This document shows positions 1 through 10,600 of a stretch of DNA of 64,000 bases, piece after piece (the first letter of the stretch is position 1; each line of letters opens with the position of its first letter). The notes beneath the pieces are model-generated. The model did not search any database. It worked only from the letters and a program-made list of their open reading frames with translations, and had not been told where the DNA came from. Source of the stretch: a virus; IMG/VR virus record IMGVR_UViG_3300024239_000132, positions 9,250 to 73,249 of that record; one strand, written 5' to 3'. A program made the translations under genes and the position numbers.

Positions 1-19
1 TGCCTAAGGATTCACGGTA

Positions 20-1210
20 ATGCTTAACTACAACGCACCTCCGGGTACCAAGTCGGACATCGACGTCGGCGGTAACTCGAGCCAGATGAACACCTTCTTC
101 TATCTGAAAAAGGCTCTCATCACTGCTCGCAAGGACCAGTACTTCATGCAGCTGGCGCCGACGATCAACATGCCGAAGAACTTTGGCAAGACGATCAAGG
201 TGTACGAGTACATCCCGATGCTCGACGACCGCAACATCAACGACATGGGTCTTGATGCTGCTGGTGCTGTCATCGCCAACGGTAACCTGTACGGCTCGAG
301 CCGTGATATCGGTACGATCACCGGCAAGCTGCCGACTCTGACCGAAAACGGCGGCCGTGTGAACCGTGTCGGCTTCACGCGTATCCAGCGTGAAGGCTCC
401 CTGTTCAAGTTCGGTTTCTTCACCGAATTTACCCAGGAAGCGATGGACTTCGATTCCGACGAAGACCTGATGGATCACCTGTCGCGTGAGCTGATGAACG
501 GTGCTGTCCAGCTGACTGAAGCTGTCCTCCAGAAGGACCTTCTGACTGCTGCCAGCGTCATCGTCTATGCAGGCGCTGCAACCTCGAACGCTACGGTTAC
601 GGCCGAAGGCGCTGGCGCTGCCATCGTCAGCTACGCCAACCTGATGCGTCTCGACCAGATCCTGACGGACAACCGTACCCCGAAGCAGACCACGGTCATC
701 ACTGGTTCGCGCCTCGTCGACACCAAGACGATTGCTGCTGCCCGTGTCATGTACGTCGGCTCGCCGCTGGTTCCGACCCTGCGTGCGATGAAGGACCTGC
801 ACAACAATCCGGCCTTCATTCCGGTCCAGCACTACGCTGATGCCGGCAATGTCCTGAACGGTGAAATCGGTACCATTGATGCTTTCCGCATCATCCTGGT
901 TCCGGAAATGCTTCACTGGGCAGGCGTTGGCGCCAACGTCGGCACCAACCCGGGCTACCGTGCAACCTCGGGCAAGTACAACGTCTATCCGATGCTCGTC
1001 GTCGGTGATGACAGCTTTGCCACCATCGGTTTCCAGACCGACGGCAAGACGGTGAAGTTCTCGGTCACCACCAAGATGCCGGGCAAGGAAACCGCGGATC
1101 GCAACGATCCTTACGGGGAGACCGGCTTCAGCTCGATCAAGTGGTACTATGGCTTCCTGGCCAAGCGTCCGGAACGTATCGGCATGATCCGCTGCGTAGC
1201 ACCGCTCTAA
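20..1210 (+). CDS. Major capsid protein (N4 gp56-like)
   Basis: 396 aa; motifs [27 protein letters not shown] and [17 protein letters not shown] typical of N4-like capsids; RBS AAGGA upstream. Confidence 0.95.
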   Translation: MLNYNAPPGTKSDIDVGGNSSQMNTFFYLKKALITARKDQYFMQLAPTINMPKNFGKTIKVYEYIPMLDDRNINDMGLDAAGAVIANGNLYGSSRDIGTITGKLPTLTENGGRVNRVGFTRIQREGSLFKFGFFTEFTQEAMDFDSDEDLMDHLSRELMNGAVQLTEAVLQKDLLTAASVIVYAGAATSNATVTAEGAGAAIVSYANLMRLDQILTDNRTPKQTTVITGSRLVDTKTIAAARVMYVGSPLVPTLRAMKDLHNNPAFIPVQHYADAGNVLNGEIGTIDAFRIILVPEMLHWAGVGANVGTNPGYRATSGKYNVYPMLVVGDDSFATIGFQTDGKTVKFSVTTKMPGKETADRNDPYGETGFSSIKWYYGFLAKRPERIGMIRCVAPL

Positions 1211-1223
1211 GCTGAGCAACGAG

Positions 1224-1258
1224 AACTGGGAGAGCATTTGGCTCTCCCAGTTTTTCTT
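1224..1258 (+). terminator. Intrinsic terminator after capsid gene
   Basis: AACTGGGAGAGC-ATTTG-GCTCTCCCAGTT followed by T-rich tail. Confidence 0.85.
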
Positions 1259-1280
1259 CCCCTGAATTTAGGAATTTTCC

Positions 1281-1934
1281 GTGACTGACCAGACGAACCA
1301 GGACCAGGAACAGCAGACTGACGCCGCTGACGAGCTGGCCCTTCTCAAGGCCCGTGCTACCCAGATGGGCATCAGCTTCTCGAACAACATCAAGGTCGAG
1401 ACGCTTCGCACCAAGATCCAGGAAAAGCTGAACGCTGAGGATGCCGAGCTTGCCCAGGATACGGACGAAGACGAGCAGGATGGTCCTGCTGAATCTGTCC
1501 AGCCCAACGAAGCTCCCAAGGCTGCACGCAAGAAGACTCTGCGTGAGGAGCTTCTTGAATCGCAGATGAAGCTCGTGCGTTGCCGTATCTCGAATATGGA
1601 TCCGAAGAAGCGCGATCTTCCCGGCGAGATTTTCACGATCGCCAACGAGTACATCGGTACCGTTCGCAAGTTCGTGCCCTACGGTGAAGCCACCGATGAG
1701 GGTTATCACATTCCGTTTTGTATCTACACGGACCTCGAGAGCCGCCGCTTCCAGAACATTCGTGTGACCCGTGATCGTCGTACCGGTCAGACCAAGACCG
1801 AGACTTCGTTCGTCAAGGAGTTCGCCATCGAGATCCTGCCCGATCTGACGGCCGAAGAACTTGCTGCTCTGGCTCAGGCACAGCAGGCAGCCGGCAGCAT
1901 CGAGAGCGCCTCGAACACGGACTACATGGTCTGA
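1281..1934 (+). CDS. N4 gp55-like protein
   Basis: LKARATQMGISFSNNI and LVRCRISNMDPKKRDLPGEIFT motifs; synteny after capsid. Confidence 0.8.
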   Translation: MTDQTNQDQEQQTDAADELALLKARATQMGISFSNNIKVETLRTKIQEKLNAEDAELAQDTDEDEQDGPAESVQPNEAPKAARKKTLREELLESQMKLVRCRISNMDPKKRDLPGEIFTIANEYIGTVRKFVPYGEATDEGYHIPFCIYTDLESRRFQNIRVTRDRRTGQTKTETSFVKEFAIEILPDLTAEELAALAQAQQAAGSIESASNTDYMV

Positions 1935-1972
1935 TTTCAGACCTGATCTGAATTGATCCAAGGATACCATCA

Positions 1973-2638
1973 ATGACCATTATCGGTGACGACCTCGAAA
2001 TTCGTTTGAGCAACGATGCCCTTACCGAGAAGGTCGTTGATGGTGCCGGGATCTTTGACGTTCTCATGAGGAGCGTCTCGGTCCACCTCAGGGCCGAGTA
2101 TGATGCAAGCCGCATCACTGGAGCCGAGTACTCCAAGACTTATGCCGCCTTGGTAGAAGCGACACTGGCCAACTCGGTCCAGTTCCTCCTGGGGCGTGAC
2201 AAGACCTATTGGGAAGCCAAGGCTTCCCGCTATCAGGTCGAAACCCTGTTGCCTGCCCAGCTGGCTCAGATCACCACCGAAACTGCTCGTGCTTCTGTCG
2301 AAAAGGACAAGGCAACCTACGAGCTCACTTACATCCTTCCTGAGCAGAAGAAGATCGTTAGCGAACAGGCTGAAGCCCAACGAGCTCAGACACTCAATAC
2401 CCGCTTTGACGGCACAACTGTTGCAGGTGTCCTGGGTCAGCAGAAAGCCCTCTACACCCAGCAGATCACCTCGTATCAGCGTGATGCCGAGGTCAAGGCA
2501 GCCAAACTGTTTACTGATGCCTGGACCGTGCAGAAGACGATCGATGAAGGTTTGCTGGCTCCGACCAACTTCCAGAATGCTACGGTCGATACCGTGCTCA
2601 ATGCCATCAAGGCCAACAATGGATTGGCCACTACCTAA
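1973..2638 (+). CDS. N4 gp54-like virion protein
   Basis: GAGIFDVLM and QQKALYTQQITSYQRDAEVK motifs; synteny. Confidence 0.75.
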   Translation: MTIIGDDLEIRLSNDALTEKVVDGAGIFDVLMRSVSVHLRAEYDASRITGAEYSKTYAALVEATLANSVQFLLGRDKTYWEAKASRYQVETLLPAQLAQITTETARASVEKDKATYELTYILPEQKKIVSEQAEAQRAQTLNTRFDGTTVAGVLGQQKALYTQQITSYQRDAEVKAAKLFTDAWTVQKTIDEGLLAPTNFQNATVDTVLNAIKANNGLATT

Positions 2639-4773
2639 TGTCTAGACTTGTTGGCAGTCTCTCTGGGACCAACCTTGGTAATTCCAAACAGAAGCGCCAC
2701 AAGTTTCTTCCTTTGGTGGTCCTTTCGCATATTCTTCAGGAGCGAAAGCAGACCATCAGTCAAAGCATTGTCGACGCTCTCAAGCTGAGCCCTCTGGTTC
2801 AGGCAGAACGGGCTCGGAAGTGGTGGCGGACACCCGGTAATGCAAGCTACCTTGGTGACGTTTACGAAGCGATAGACCGCAGCCCCGAAATAGTCACATC
2901 CGATGGGGTGAGTACGGTACAACTCGACCGTGAAGGCATGACCTTCAATTACAACTACCCCATCAGGGTAAGTGCCGAGCTGGAGTGGCTCTGGTTCGAT
3001 AGCTGGCTTCGTCCCAGACAAGATTTTGTGTGGCGAGAAGGGTACGACTTTGCTCGCTTTCAGACCGAGCGAGCTGCCAGCAATCTGAGTTCGTTTTACC
3101 CCAGAGTGGGACCGGCCGTCTGGACATACTGGGCCAAGACCTATTGGCACGCTACGACACCAACTGATCCGTTTTCTCGTGAGAAGTCCTGGTACGCTAC
3201 CTATGATTCCGCAACAGGAACCATCACGCTGACCAGTGACGGGAATTGGACTCGATCGTTCAATCCAAGCATCGATATGAATGCCCAGTATCTTTATACC
3301 GGGTGGGACCTTGGGTTCTACCCGTACAAAGTGGGCGGCACAGACACGATTCTGAACCAGATTGTGGATGCATGCACAGCAACGCCTGAACCGGACTATG
3401 GTGCTTATCCGTTCATCCCGGTGCGCTTGAACAATGAGGCAGTGAATCAGAGTGGGCCTGAGATCAGTGCCCAAGCCAAGAAGCTCTTCAAGAAGGCTAC
3501 CGGAAGCAAGTTGACCAAGCTCCTCGAAACTCTCGAGGATAATCCTGATGTCGAGGAGATCGACCTTGGGATGATCATGTTTGGCATCGAGGCCAACAAT
3601 ACGAAGGCTTATGCCAAGCGATATATCTACCGGTATTTCCAAGGTCTTCGAACCAGAGCAGGAAATCCTAGTGGTGCATTCACGCTCAAGCTTGCCTCAA
3701 ACGTACCTTACCCAGGTGGTTGGGCCAGTAATGCTGGTTATGCAGTCACATTCAAGGGACTGTCCGAAACGACAGGCACAGGTCTCAGGATCCCTGGTTC
3801 GCAAGTGGGATCTCTTGTTTGGGAGGTTGTAGGCGAGGTAGCCAAGCTACATTGGCAGGTTACCGCGGACGAATGGCGAACCATGTCGATCGACTGTGCC
3901 ATTGCCCGCTGGATGGGTTTGCCTGGCGACAGTGTTATCAAGCTCTGGGAAGTAGTACTGACCACCACGGATACAGGGTTCCTGATTCCGTTTCACGCGC
4001 CAACACTCAAGGCCATGCGTAAGACTGACGGCATCGAGGTAGCTCAGGAAGGGCTTAATCTGATGGTTGGTACGTACACCTTGATCGACACATCAAGCAT
4101 TACAGCCGGCATCATCTTCTTCATTGCTGGCGTGCTGCTTGTGGCTTTCCCCCCGGGTGCTCCGGGGGCTATTGGTCTGCTCGGTGCCAACGCAGCTGTA
4201 GGTGCAGCCATTGGTCTTGCCGGCACAGCTGCTGCTGTTGCCGGTGCAGTCATTAATGCTGTTGCAGCAATCATCGTGATGAAGCTGATCCAGAAAGGGG
4301 CCATGCTTGTCTTTGGTGAGAAGATTGGAGCAATCATTGGTGCGGTGGTTGGCTTCGTTGCTGTGACCGTCGGCACGGGTCTCATGAATGGCCAGAGCAT
4401 TTCCCAGATATGGGGAACCATGGGCTCAGCTCAGAACCTGTTGGCTCTAACCAATGCAGTGGGCTCAGGCATATCAGGTTACATCTCAGCATCGATTGCC
4501 GATCTTCAGGCCGAAATGCAGGAGTATTCAGATCGCTACACTCAAAAGATGAGTGAGCTAGACGCTGCCTATGCAAAGGAATTTGCATATGGTAATCGCG
4601 TCATTGATCCAATGAGTTTAACCGGTACGCAGTCCGGAAACTTCCTGGAAACTCCCTCACAATTTCTCTCCAGGACTCTGCTCACGGGGACGGATATTGC
4701 GGACATCTCTACGAGCATGATCAGCAGTTTCACCGATCTCACACTGACGAGCGAGCTTCCCGGCACTACCTAA
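2638..4773 (+). CDS. N4 gp53-like virion protein with C-terminal hydrophobic helices
   Basis: 711 aa; YPFIPVR motif, Ala/Gly-rich hydrophobic block, C-terminal ETPSQFLSRTL; synteny. Confidence 0.7.
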   Translation: MSRLVGSLSGTNLGNSKQKRHKFLPLVVLSHILQERKQTISQSIVDALKLSPLVQAERARKWWRTPGNASYLGDVYEAIDRSPEIVTSDGVSTVQLDREGMTFNYNYPIRVSAELEWLWFDSWLRPRQDFVWREGYDFARFQTERAASNLSSFYPRVGPAVWTYWAKTYWHATTPTDPFSREKSWYATYDSATGTITLTSDGNWTRSFNPSIDMNAQYLYTGWDLGFYPYKVGGTDTILNQIVDACTATPEPDYGAYPFIPVRLNNEAVNQSGPEISAQAKKLFKKATGSKLTKLLETLEDNPDVEEIDLGMIMFGIEANNTKAYAKRYIYRYFQGLRTRAGNPSGAFTLKLASNVPYPGGWASNAGYAVTFKGLSETTGTGLRIPGSQVGSLVWEVVGEVAKLHWQVTADEWRTMSIDCAIARWMGLPGDSVIKLWEVVLTTTDTGFLIPFHAPTLKAMRKTDGIEVAQEGLNLMVGTYTLIDTSSITAGIIFFIAGVLLVAFPPGAPGAIGLLGANAAVGAAIGLAGTAAAVAGAVINAVAAIIVMKLIQKGAMLVFGEKIGAIIGAVVGFVAVTVGTGLMNGQSISQIWGTMGSAQNLLALTNAVGSGISGYISASIADLQAEMQEYSDRYTQKMSELDAAYAKEFAYGNRVIDPMSLTGTQSGNFLETPSQFLSRTLLTGTDIADISTSMISSFTDLTLTSELPGTT

Positions 4774-4783
4774 GGAGCCTGCT

Positions 4784-5191
4784 GTGTCCGACTTCAACAT
4801 TCTTGCTGGGCAGCCTGGGTACACTCAGGCTCTTCGTGCATATACGACCGAAAACATCCCGAGCTTTTCCGGCACGACCATTGCACCAAATATCGGTATG
4901 CCGGGTATTCCCGGTGGAATCGGTTCTCTGGATTTCAGTCAGAAGGTTGGTCTCGGTCTGCAAGGTCTAGGCACTGTCGCCAATCTCGTGCTTGGTCTCA
5001 AGCAGCTCAGCCTCGCCAACAAGCAGTACGGACTCCAGAAGCGAGCATTCGAGACCAACCTGACCAATCAGGTTCGCTCTTATAATGATGCTTTGGGTGA
5101 CAGGCTTCGTGCTCGAGCCATGACCGAGACTGGCAATACCAACGGGGTCGATCAACAGATCAAGGAACGCAGCCTGACCACGGGCATGTGA
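4784..5191 (+). CDS. N4 gp52-like small internal virion protein
   Basis: 135 aa; GLKQLSLANKQY...NLTNQVRSYN; RBS AAGGAG; synteny. Confidence 0.7.
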   Translation: MSDFNILAGQPGYTQALRAYTTENIPSFSGTTIAPNIGMPGIPGGIGSLDFSQKVGLGLQGLGTVANLVLGLKQLSLANKQYGLQKRAFETNLTNQVRSYNDALGDRLRARAMTETGNTNGVDQQIKERSLTTGM

Positions 5192-5218
5192 TCTCTCTGG
5201 TTCCCGAAAGGATTTATA

Positions 5219-7531
5219 ATGGCACAGCTCCAATGGCGCGATGTAGCCGCACCCAATTTCTCCGGAGCCATGGAAGGTGTTGATGCGGCCAGTCGGCTGA
5301 TCAACAGTGCCTTGAACCAGGCTCAAGGCGGTGTGCGTGAATACCAGAAGATCCAGGATGATGCCCTCAACAGCAGGCTCATGGCTCAGCTTGTGGGTAT
5401 GGATTCCGCTGACGATGCAGCAGCTATTCCTGGCATGATTGCTGGGGTCAAGGATCCAAGCCGTATCAGCTCGGATGTCTTTTCGCTGATGATGGGCCGA
5501 AAAGGTCAACTCACTCAGCAAGAGCTAGGTGATCTGAACTTGCGGGATACCCGCAATACCTCAGATCGTAACATGGCATTCCAGCACCTGTTGGATGCAG
5601 CAACGCCTGAAATCCAGGCTTATAATGCCGCGGTAGCTGCCAACGACCCGAAGGCCATTGCAGCCACTAGGGCCGCTGTATTCAACAAGGTTCAGGGCGG
5701 TCCTGCCGAGAAGTTCCTGGCTCTATCAGGTCAGCTCAGCGGTATGGAGAGTAGTGCTCTGGGGATCGTTGGGTCTCGTCAGCGTATTGGAATTGACGCT
5801 GAGAACCAGGGATGGACCCGGGAAGACCGTGTGTTTGATCAAAAGGCAGCTGAAATCGCCGGGCAAATTCAGCTTGGCGGTGCTCTCACACGTGATGATT
5901 ACGAGGCAATGGCCCGCAACATGGGGCTGGACGGCCGACTGTTTGAAGCCGTTATGCGTCGTGCTCCGCAGTTCTCTGACTTTGGTGGGTATGCTCCACC
6001 GGATCTGTTGGGTGGTGGTGGTGCTGACTCGAATGCTCTTCGTGCCATCACCGGCGGTGGCGAGGGCAATCTTGGGATTGGCTCTGTACCTGCCAATGTG
6101 ACCACGCTCGGTCAGGCCGTACAGTTCGGCAAGAGTCTGAACAATCGTGGTCAGGCTTCCAGTGCCATGGGTCTCTTCCAGATTACCCAGAGCACGATGG
6201 AAGAGTTCGCACCAAAAGCATTTGGCGCCAATTGGCAGAATCAACGTTTTGACGATCCCCGGGTCCAGGATGCTGTTGCTCGTAAGATCTTCGAGGATGC
6301 GATAAGCAAACGCAATCCTGGTGAGGCTCTGCGAGGTCGTTGGGTATCACTCTCCCCACAGGATGCTGCCCGTGTCGCTCGCATGCCTTGGGAACAGGCA
6401 CGAGAGATCATTTCTCAGAAGGAGTCCAGCAGCTCTGTCGGTGCTCTGATTGCACAGGCAGCAGGGCAGGCCGTGGATAATACCCAGCGTCGATCTGCAT
6501 TCGTGGAAACCAATGCAGGCGACAATCTGGCACTGAACTTTGCCAATCTTGCAGGCAGCACGGAGACCCCGGCACAGGTAGCTCGTCGTATTGCCAAGGA
6601 GCTCCCCGGAGCCAATCCCGCCTGGGTCGAAGAACGGATCATCTCACTTCAAAGCAAGATTGCCGGTGCCGGCGGTTCACGCCGTAAGGTCAACGCTGCA
6701 ATGGTGGGTCAGGCTCTGCTCGATAATGCCGGGGCGCAGTCTGCCCGTGAGGGTTGGTACAATCCCAAGCGTTGGCTGCCGGATTCTTTCCGTGGGAACA
6801 CCCTCGGAGAAGACATCACGGTCGATATGGATGCAGCCTACAATTCGCTTGATGGCTACGCCAAGGGTCGGATGGACGATCGCATTGCTGCGAACACAGC
6901 AATGGCTGCAACTGCTGGTGTACAGGCAAATGCTCAGCAGCAGTACCAGGCTGCCAAAGCTCGGTACGATGCCAAGGTTCGTGCAGCTCAGACAAAGGGT
7001 ATCAGGAACCCTAATCTGAACCGAGAGCTGGCAGATCTGCGTATCGCAGAGAGCAACTATATGGGTGCCATGGGTCAGCCCTCAGGAGGTCTGCCAGGAC
7101 GTGATGAGAGCAGGCAGGCTCCAAGTGCTCCTGCTCCACAAAGGCAAGCACAGCGTCCTGCTCCGGCCCCGGCACCCAAGCCTGCTCCAAGGCAGGTTGC
7201 CCCACAGGCTCCAAGGCAACAAGTGGCAGAGCGTCCCTGGATCAAGCCGGAACAGCGTCGAGCCATGGAAGCTGCTGCAAACCGTGATTCCAAAGATGCA
7301 GGTGGCTGGGGTGTTCAGCGTGCTTTTTGGGGCAAAGCCGGTGAAGCTATTGCCAATGCTTTGACGCCATCGAAGGTGACAAGTCCTCGAGGTGGTAATG
7401 GCCAGTCTGGATTGCAGAGGCTGGATAGCATTCTCGACAACGCGTCTTATCCGGTGGGCACTACTAGAAGTCAGGTTTTGGCCCAGCGAAATGAGTTGGC
7501 CAGACAACAAGGTAAGCCTTTAAGGAAGTGA
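5219..7531 (+). CDS. N4 gp51-like ejection protein with lysozyme/transglycosylase-like domain
   Basis: N-terminal LQWRDVAAPNF; internal GEG...SSAMGLFQITQST...FDDPRVQD resembles lambda-type lysozyme motifs; directly upstream of vRNAP. Confidence 0.7.
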   Translation: MAQLQWRDVAAPNFSGAMEGVDAASRLINSALNQAQGGVREYQKIQDDALNSRLMAQLVGMDSADDAAAIPGMIAGVKDPSRISSDVFSLMMGRKGQLTQQELGDLNLRDTRNTSDRNMAFQHLLDAATPEIQAYNAAVAANDPKAIAATRAAVFNKVQGGPAEKFLALSGQLSGMESSALGIVGSRQRIGIDAENQGWTREDRVFDQKAAEIAGQIQLGGALTRDDYEAMARNMGLDGRLFEAVMRRAPQFSDFGGYAPPDLLGGGGADSNALRAITGGGEGNLGIGSVPANVTTLGQAVQFGKSLNNRGQASSAMGLFQITQSTMEEFAPKAFGANWQNQRFDDPRVQDAVARKIFEDAISKRNPGEALRGRWVSLSPQDAARVARMPWEQAREIISQKESSSSVGALIAQAAGQAVDNTQRRSAFVETNAGDNLALNFANLAGSTETPAQVARRIAKELPGANPAWVEERIISLQSKIAGAGGSRRKVNAAMVGQALLDNAGAQSAREGWYNPKRWLPDSFRGNTLGEDITVDMDAAYNSLDGYAKGRMDDRIAANTAMAATAGVQANAQQQYQAAKARYDAKVRAAQTKGIRNPNLNRELADLRIAESNYMGAMGQPSGGLPGRDESRQAPSAPAPQRQAQRPAPAPAPKPAPRQVAPQAPRQQVAERPWIKPEQRRAMEAAANRDSKDAGGWGVQRAFWGKAGEAIANALTPSKVTSPRGGNGQSGLQRLDSILDNASYPVGTTRSQVLAQRNELARQQGKPLRK

Positions 7532-7535
7532 AGTT

Positions 7536-7570
7536 GAAAAGGCCCAGGTGATTCTGGGCCTTTTCTCTTC
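7536..7570 (+). terminator. Intrinsic terminator between gp51 and vRNAP (possibly bidirectional)
   Basis: GAAAAGGCCCAG-GTGATT-CTGGGCCTTTTC then TCTTC. Confidence 0.8.
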
Positions 7571-7626
7571 TAATTTTCAAGTCTGGCTGATAACTCACTT
7601 GAGACTTTTCAACTCAAGGGGCTGCC

Positions 7627-10600
7627 ATGTCTGGCTACACCGACTTTCTCAAGCGCTTCACCGTAGCAAACGTAGGCCCTGTCCCTGTTCAGCAACCTAA
7701 TGCTGACACATTCTATAAGATTGCCGCTGCTCGTCAGAATGGCACTGGCCAGTCTAATTCAGATCCAGTGGAACAGGATCTCCAGAGCTTGAGCACAAGC
7801 GAGATCATCGCCAAGTATGGTCCTGTCGGCCTCACCATGGTTCAACAAAGAGCCATGGGTGATGCCCGTTATACGCGAGATCGTTACGATCCAGCTGGCA
7901 GCACTCTGACCGATACAGCAATGTCTGTCGGTAAGGGCTTTGCCAATAGCGTCGGCGGTCTGGTCAACCTCGGTGTTGGCCTGGTCAATGATGATGCCGG
8001 AGCTTGGACTGCCGAGAAACTCGGAGACTTCAATAGCTGGGTTCAGTCCAAACAATCTGATGGCCTGAATGCACATCGGCGTGCAAACAAGGTTACGAAC
8101 GAAATTTCGTTCGCAGATAATAAGGCTATCTATGAAAACGAGCGCAAGTCCGAAGGTGATTTTCTTGCAAGCTTGCGCCGTATTGGCCGGGATGCAATGT
8201 CTGCCGTCGGTAATGCGAGTTCGGATGGAACCATACTGACAGACGGCATTGCCGATGCTGGTGGCTCACTGTTGAGTGGTGGCCTGATATCCAAGGGTGC
8301 CCGTGTTCTCGGCAGTAAACTGGTACAGGGTCTTTTGGCCAGAGGTGTCCTGTCCGAAGGTGCTGCACTAAAAGCAGCTGATGTCGGCGGTCGAGTTTCC
8401 ATGCCTGGTACTATCGGCGGTATGGAAGCCGGTGGAGCTTACCAACAGACCGTTCAGCAAGTGATGGCCATGAGCCATGATGATCTTGTTGCTGGATCGC
8501 CAGAATATGTGAAACTTCTTCAGGAAGGTTGGGATCCGGAGGATGCCCAGGTAGAACTGGCTACGAGTGCCGGCCTTACAGCAGCTGCTATCCAGTTTCC
8601 TGTTGCAGCTGCCGCTGGTACTCTGGTCTCCAAGTTCGAGGCTAATCCATTCAAGGGTGCTTTCTCTGGTCTGGGTATTGTCAAGAATGGCGCCAACGAA
8701 GCCATCGAAGAAGCAGTACAGTCTGGTTTTGGACAGCTCGCCGGAAATGTCGGTACCCGGGCATTTGCCGATCAGAACCAAGACCTCACAGATGGTGTAG
8801 GTGAGCAGGCTGGCCTTGGTGCCCTTTATGGCTTCGGCTCGGCAGCAGCAGTTCAGGTCCCTGGTTCAGCAGCTTCGGCTGCCATTGCTGGAACTGTTGC
8901 AGCTGCCAAGGGAGCTAAGGTTCTAGGCAACAAGGCCGTTGACGCATTCGACAAGCGCCTGACTTCGGTGAAGGAAGGCATTGATCAGCTCAATCCTGTC
9001 TCCAAGGATAACATCAATACTGCGGTCGAGCAGACCCTTACTGAAGCTCCTGCTGTTGCTCAGCAGGTTCAGGCTGATGTCGAAGCTGGCACACTGACCC
9101 CTGAACAGGGGGATGCAATCAAGCAGCGTCTGGATACGCTCCAGCAATCGATCGCATTTGATCCAGTAGAGATCGAGGACCGGAATCTGTCTCCCGCCGT
9201 CAAGTCTGTGATTGGTTCGGCTACAAACAAGTTCGATGCATTGCAGAAGGCTGCTCAGCTGGCAGGCAGCAAGCAAGTCGATGTTCCGAGCAGGATCGAA
9301 GCTGCCCTCTACATCAATGACACTTTGAACAAGTTCGGCGCCCAGCTGATCGGTGATTTCACCAGTGCGATTGATATCGTTCCGGACGATCATGCCAGCC
9401 TGCCCAAGCTGCGTGAGTTCGAAGATGTTCTTATAAACTTCCAGCAGAACCCGGAGCTTCAGCAGGCTCGTCAGGCTGCCCAGCAATACGTAGAACGTAT
9501 GCAGGCAGAAGCTCTGTCAGAGCAAGCTGTTGCCACCCCTAAAGGTCAGCAGGCTGTCCGTGGTGTGGTCAGCGTTGCCGAGAGCAACCCTGAATCAGTC
9601 AGCGAGGATCTGGCCAACCTGGTTCTCGAGCATGCTCGTATGGGCCGTGTGAAGCTGACGCCTCAGCAGACCCGAGTTCTGACCAATGCGGCCGTGCTCT
9701 CCAAGACGGGCAACACTTACAAGCTGGAAGCCAAGAAGCGTGAGCTGAAGCCTACTGATATTGTCCGTGCTCAGGTTCTGACTGACGAGATGAAGGCTAC
9801 CCCTGAAGCCAAAGGTGAAGCTCTGTCCCTGGCTCAACATGTCCGCGGCATCAATGATGCTTATCGGGCCAGCAATCTGGAGCTTGCTGCCCAGCGTCTC
9901 AAGAGACTGTCGGACTTTGCCCAGCATTTCCAGAACAAGGTAGCTGCACTCAACACCGCATATGAGACCGGAGCCAACTCCGATCGTAATGCTGTCGAGT
10001 TCGAGGGTCTGAGCCTCAAGGGTGCATGGGGAGCCAAGGGTCGAGCATGGATTAGTCCCACCAAGGTTGGTTCGATCAAGCTGGCTCAGTCGGTGGCTCT
10101 TGAAGCCAAGGCTCTGGCTGACATGGCCAATGGTATGGCCCAGTCCATGCCTGAGCTTGGCATTGGTCCTGTAACACCTGTCGAGCTCAATCCGGATTTG
10201 GTTGGTCCGTCGACCAAGGTTGCCCAGCGTTTCCAGAATGCTCCTGAAAAAGCTCCTACCAAGCTCATCGAGCTTGAGGAGACAGCGAAGGTCGAGCCGG
10301 CACAGGCGGAGCCGAGCAAGGCTCAGACCGAGAGCGTGGCTCCGAAAGCGGAAGTGACTGAAAATGTCACCCCCTCTCCCACCAAAACTGTTGAGGCTGA
10401 GCCTGTCGACAAGCCTGTGGATGAAGTTTCCACAGAGCCTGTTGAAACTTCTCCGGCAGTCGAACCGGTCGAAGCACCGGAGAGTTCTGATCGCGCCAGC
10501 GATCAGGAATCGACAAAGGCTGAGACCCAGACTGAAGAAGCAAAAGCCGATCCAGAACAGGAAGCAAAACCTGTTACAGTAGAGCAGGCATACCCGAATC

